A DNA stretch of 64,000 nucleotides, taken from NCBI GenBank assembly GCA_030704615.1, contig CM060731.1, positions 85,064,001-85,128,000 on the forward strand. Direction: 5' to 3'. The position numbers and the translations under genes are program-made. The stretch comes from Takakia lepidozioides. Taxonomy: Eukaryota; Plantae; Bryophyta. Positions 63,111-64,000 of the stretch are shown here, in pieces. The notes beneath the pieces are model-generated. The model had not been told where the DNA came from and searched no databases. It saw only the letters and a program-made list of their open reading frames with translations. Numbering within the stretch: position 1 is the first letter of the stretch; each line of letters begins with the position of its first letter.

Positions 63111-64000
63111 TGTCAAGTTATTTTACCACTAGTGTGAAACTAGCTAGGAAATAGCTAGCTTTTACATATTGACATTTGGGATTGGCCCAAGTGTCAATCC
63201 AGGGGTCAAGGCAGATTTAGGCCCTGGAGTGGTTATCTTCACGGCAAGCGCGGGAGGCTCATCTTTCTCAAGTTGAGCCTCACCGCGCCTAGCTATGGCG
63301 CCGTAGTGTGGATTCCCCATGGCGTGGGGTGCACTTGGCTTGACTTGTATTTGAGTGATGAGGTTAAATATGCATGAGTTTATGCTTCAGCTTTGTGAGC
63401 TCGCATGAGCTTGTGCTTGTATTCTTCCTCTTTATCACTCGAGAAAGATGAGCTCGTATCTATGTGTGCTAGATACGAGTTAGTTGTAGCACTTGTGGTT
63501 TTTGCTTGAGAATGAGCGAAACCAAGTTGTTATGCAAGGAGCACCGTGGAGCTCTTGGTTGTTAGAAGCGGAGGCGATGTGGGTTACGAGGTGGTAAACC
63601 TTGGCATTCGATCTTCAGCTTCAGAGATGAAAGCACCATACTGTAGGTAATTCCAGAGCACCTTGATGGTTTCAGATTGTGTACATGCATGAGCAAGCAC
63701 GATTGGGAAGAGGACCAGTCAAGAGCAGGTTATAGTGGCTTTGGTGGCAAAGCTGAGAACTGGACTTGGGAATGCGAGCTGTCATTGTGTGAAGGATTGC
63801 AAGACCAAGCGAAAGGGCTGATTTGGCTTGGGGCAAATCAGTGCACTTTGTGGAGTATGGTGAGATTGGGTTTCAATCTCGAGCTTCAGCATTGAGAGGG
63901 CTCTTGTCATGGCGAGAGCAGGGCTGGAACAGGAGCTAAGAGGTGCGGCAAGGCCATGGAATGTGCACCTAGGGTTACAGAGCTTGGAAGAAGAGCTCTT
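63111..64000 (+). mobile_element. LTR-like sequence (family B), runs off the window
   Basis: Starts TGTCAAG and is an inverted homologue of ~57250-58166. Confidence 0.65.

Noticed and set aside
56774-64000. Family-B inverted pair as TIRs enclosing the PLE
   Set aside because: The TG-starting ends face inward, the copies are diverged, and each cuts a different element, so independent insertions are more likely.

Overview
This is eukaryotic nuclear DNA, most likely from a seed-free land plant (bryophyte, lycophyte or fern). The evidence is PLS-class PPR/DYW editing-factor remnants, a LEA_2/CC-like gene, an IQCE-like ciliary gene and a Naiad/Chlamys-type Penelope reverse transcriptase (RT). Transposons dominate the window. 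One Ty3/Gypsy chromovirus family occurs as a near-complete copy (49803-56768, target-site duplication (TSD) CCGTG, tRNA-iMet PBS), as a self-nested pair (1-4399) and as scrambled or inverted fragments. Only two host genes look intact, both manually spliced: an IQCE-like coiled-coil gene (11767-13417, minus, 5 exons) and a LEA_2/CC-like gene (39435-41580, plus, 3 exons). Three observations stand out. (1) A Penelope-like RT and a separate unknown RGG-tailed ORF ('ORF-X') each end in the same ~670-bp structured repeat, suggesting a modular or bipartite Penelope-like system. (2) Tandem Helentron/Helitron2-like non-autonomous elements enclose all the PPR and PPR-DYW fragments. (3) A 3.9-kb element with long terminal inverted repeats (TIRs), TAYGG...CCRTA ends and a 6-bp TSD has an IS3EU-like signature. 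All family assignments come from recognising motifs by eye; no database search was run.
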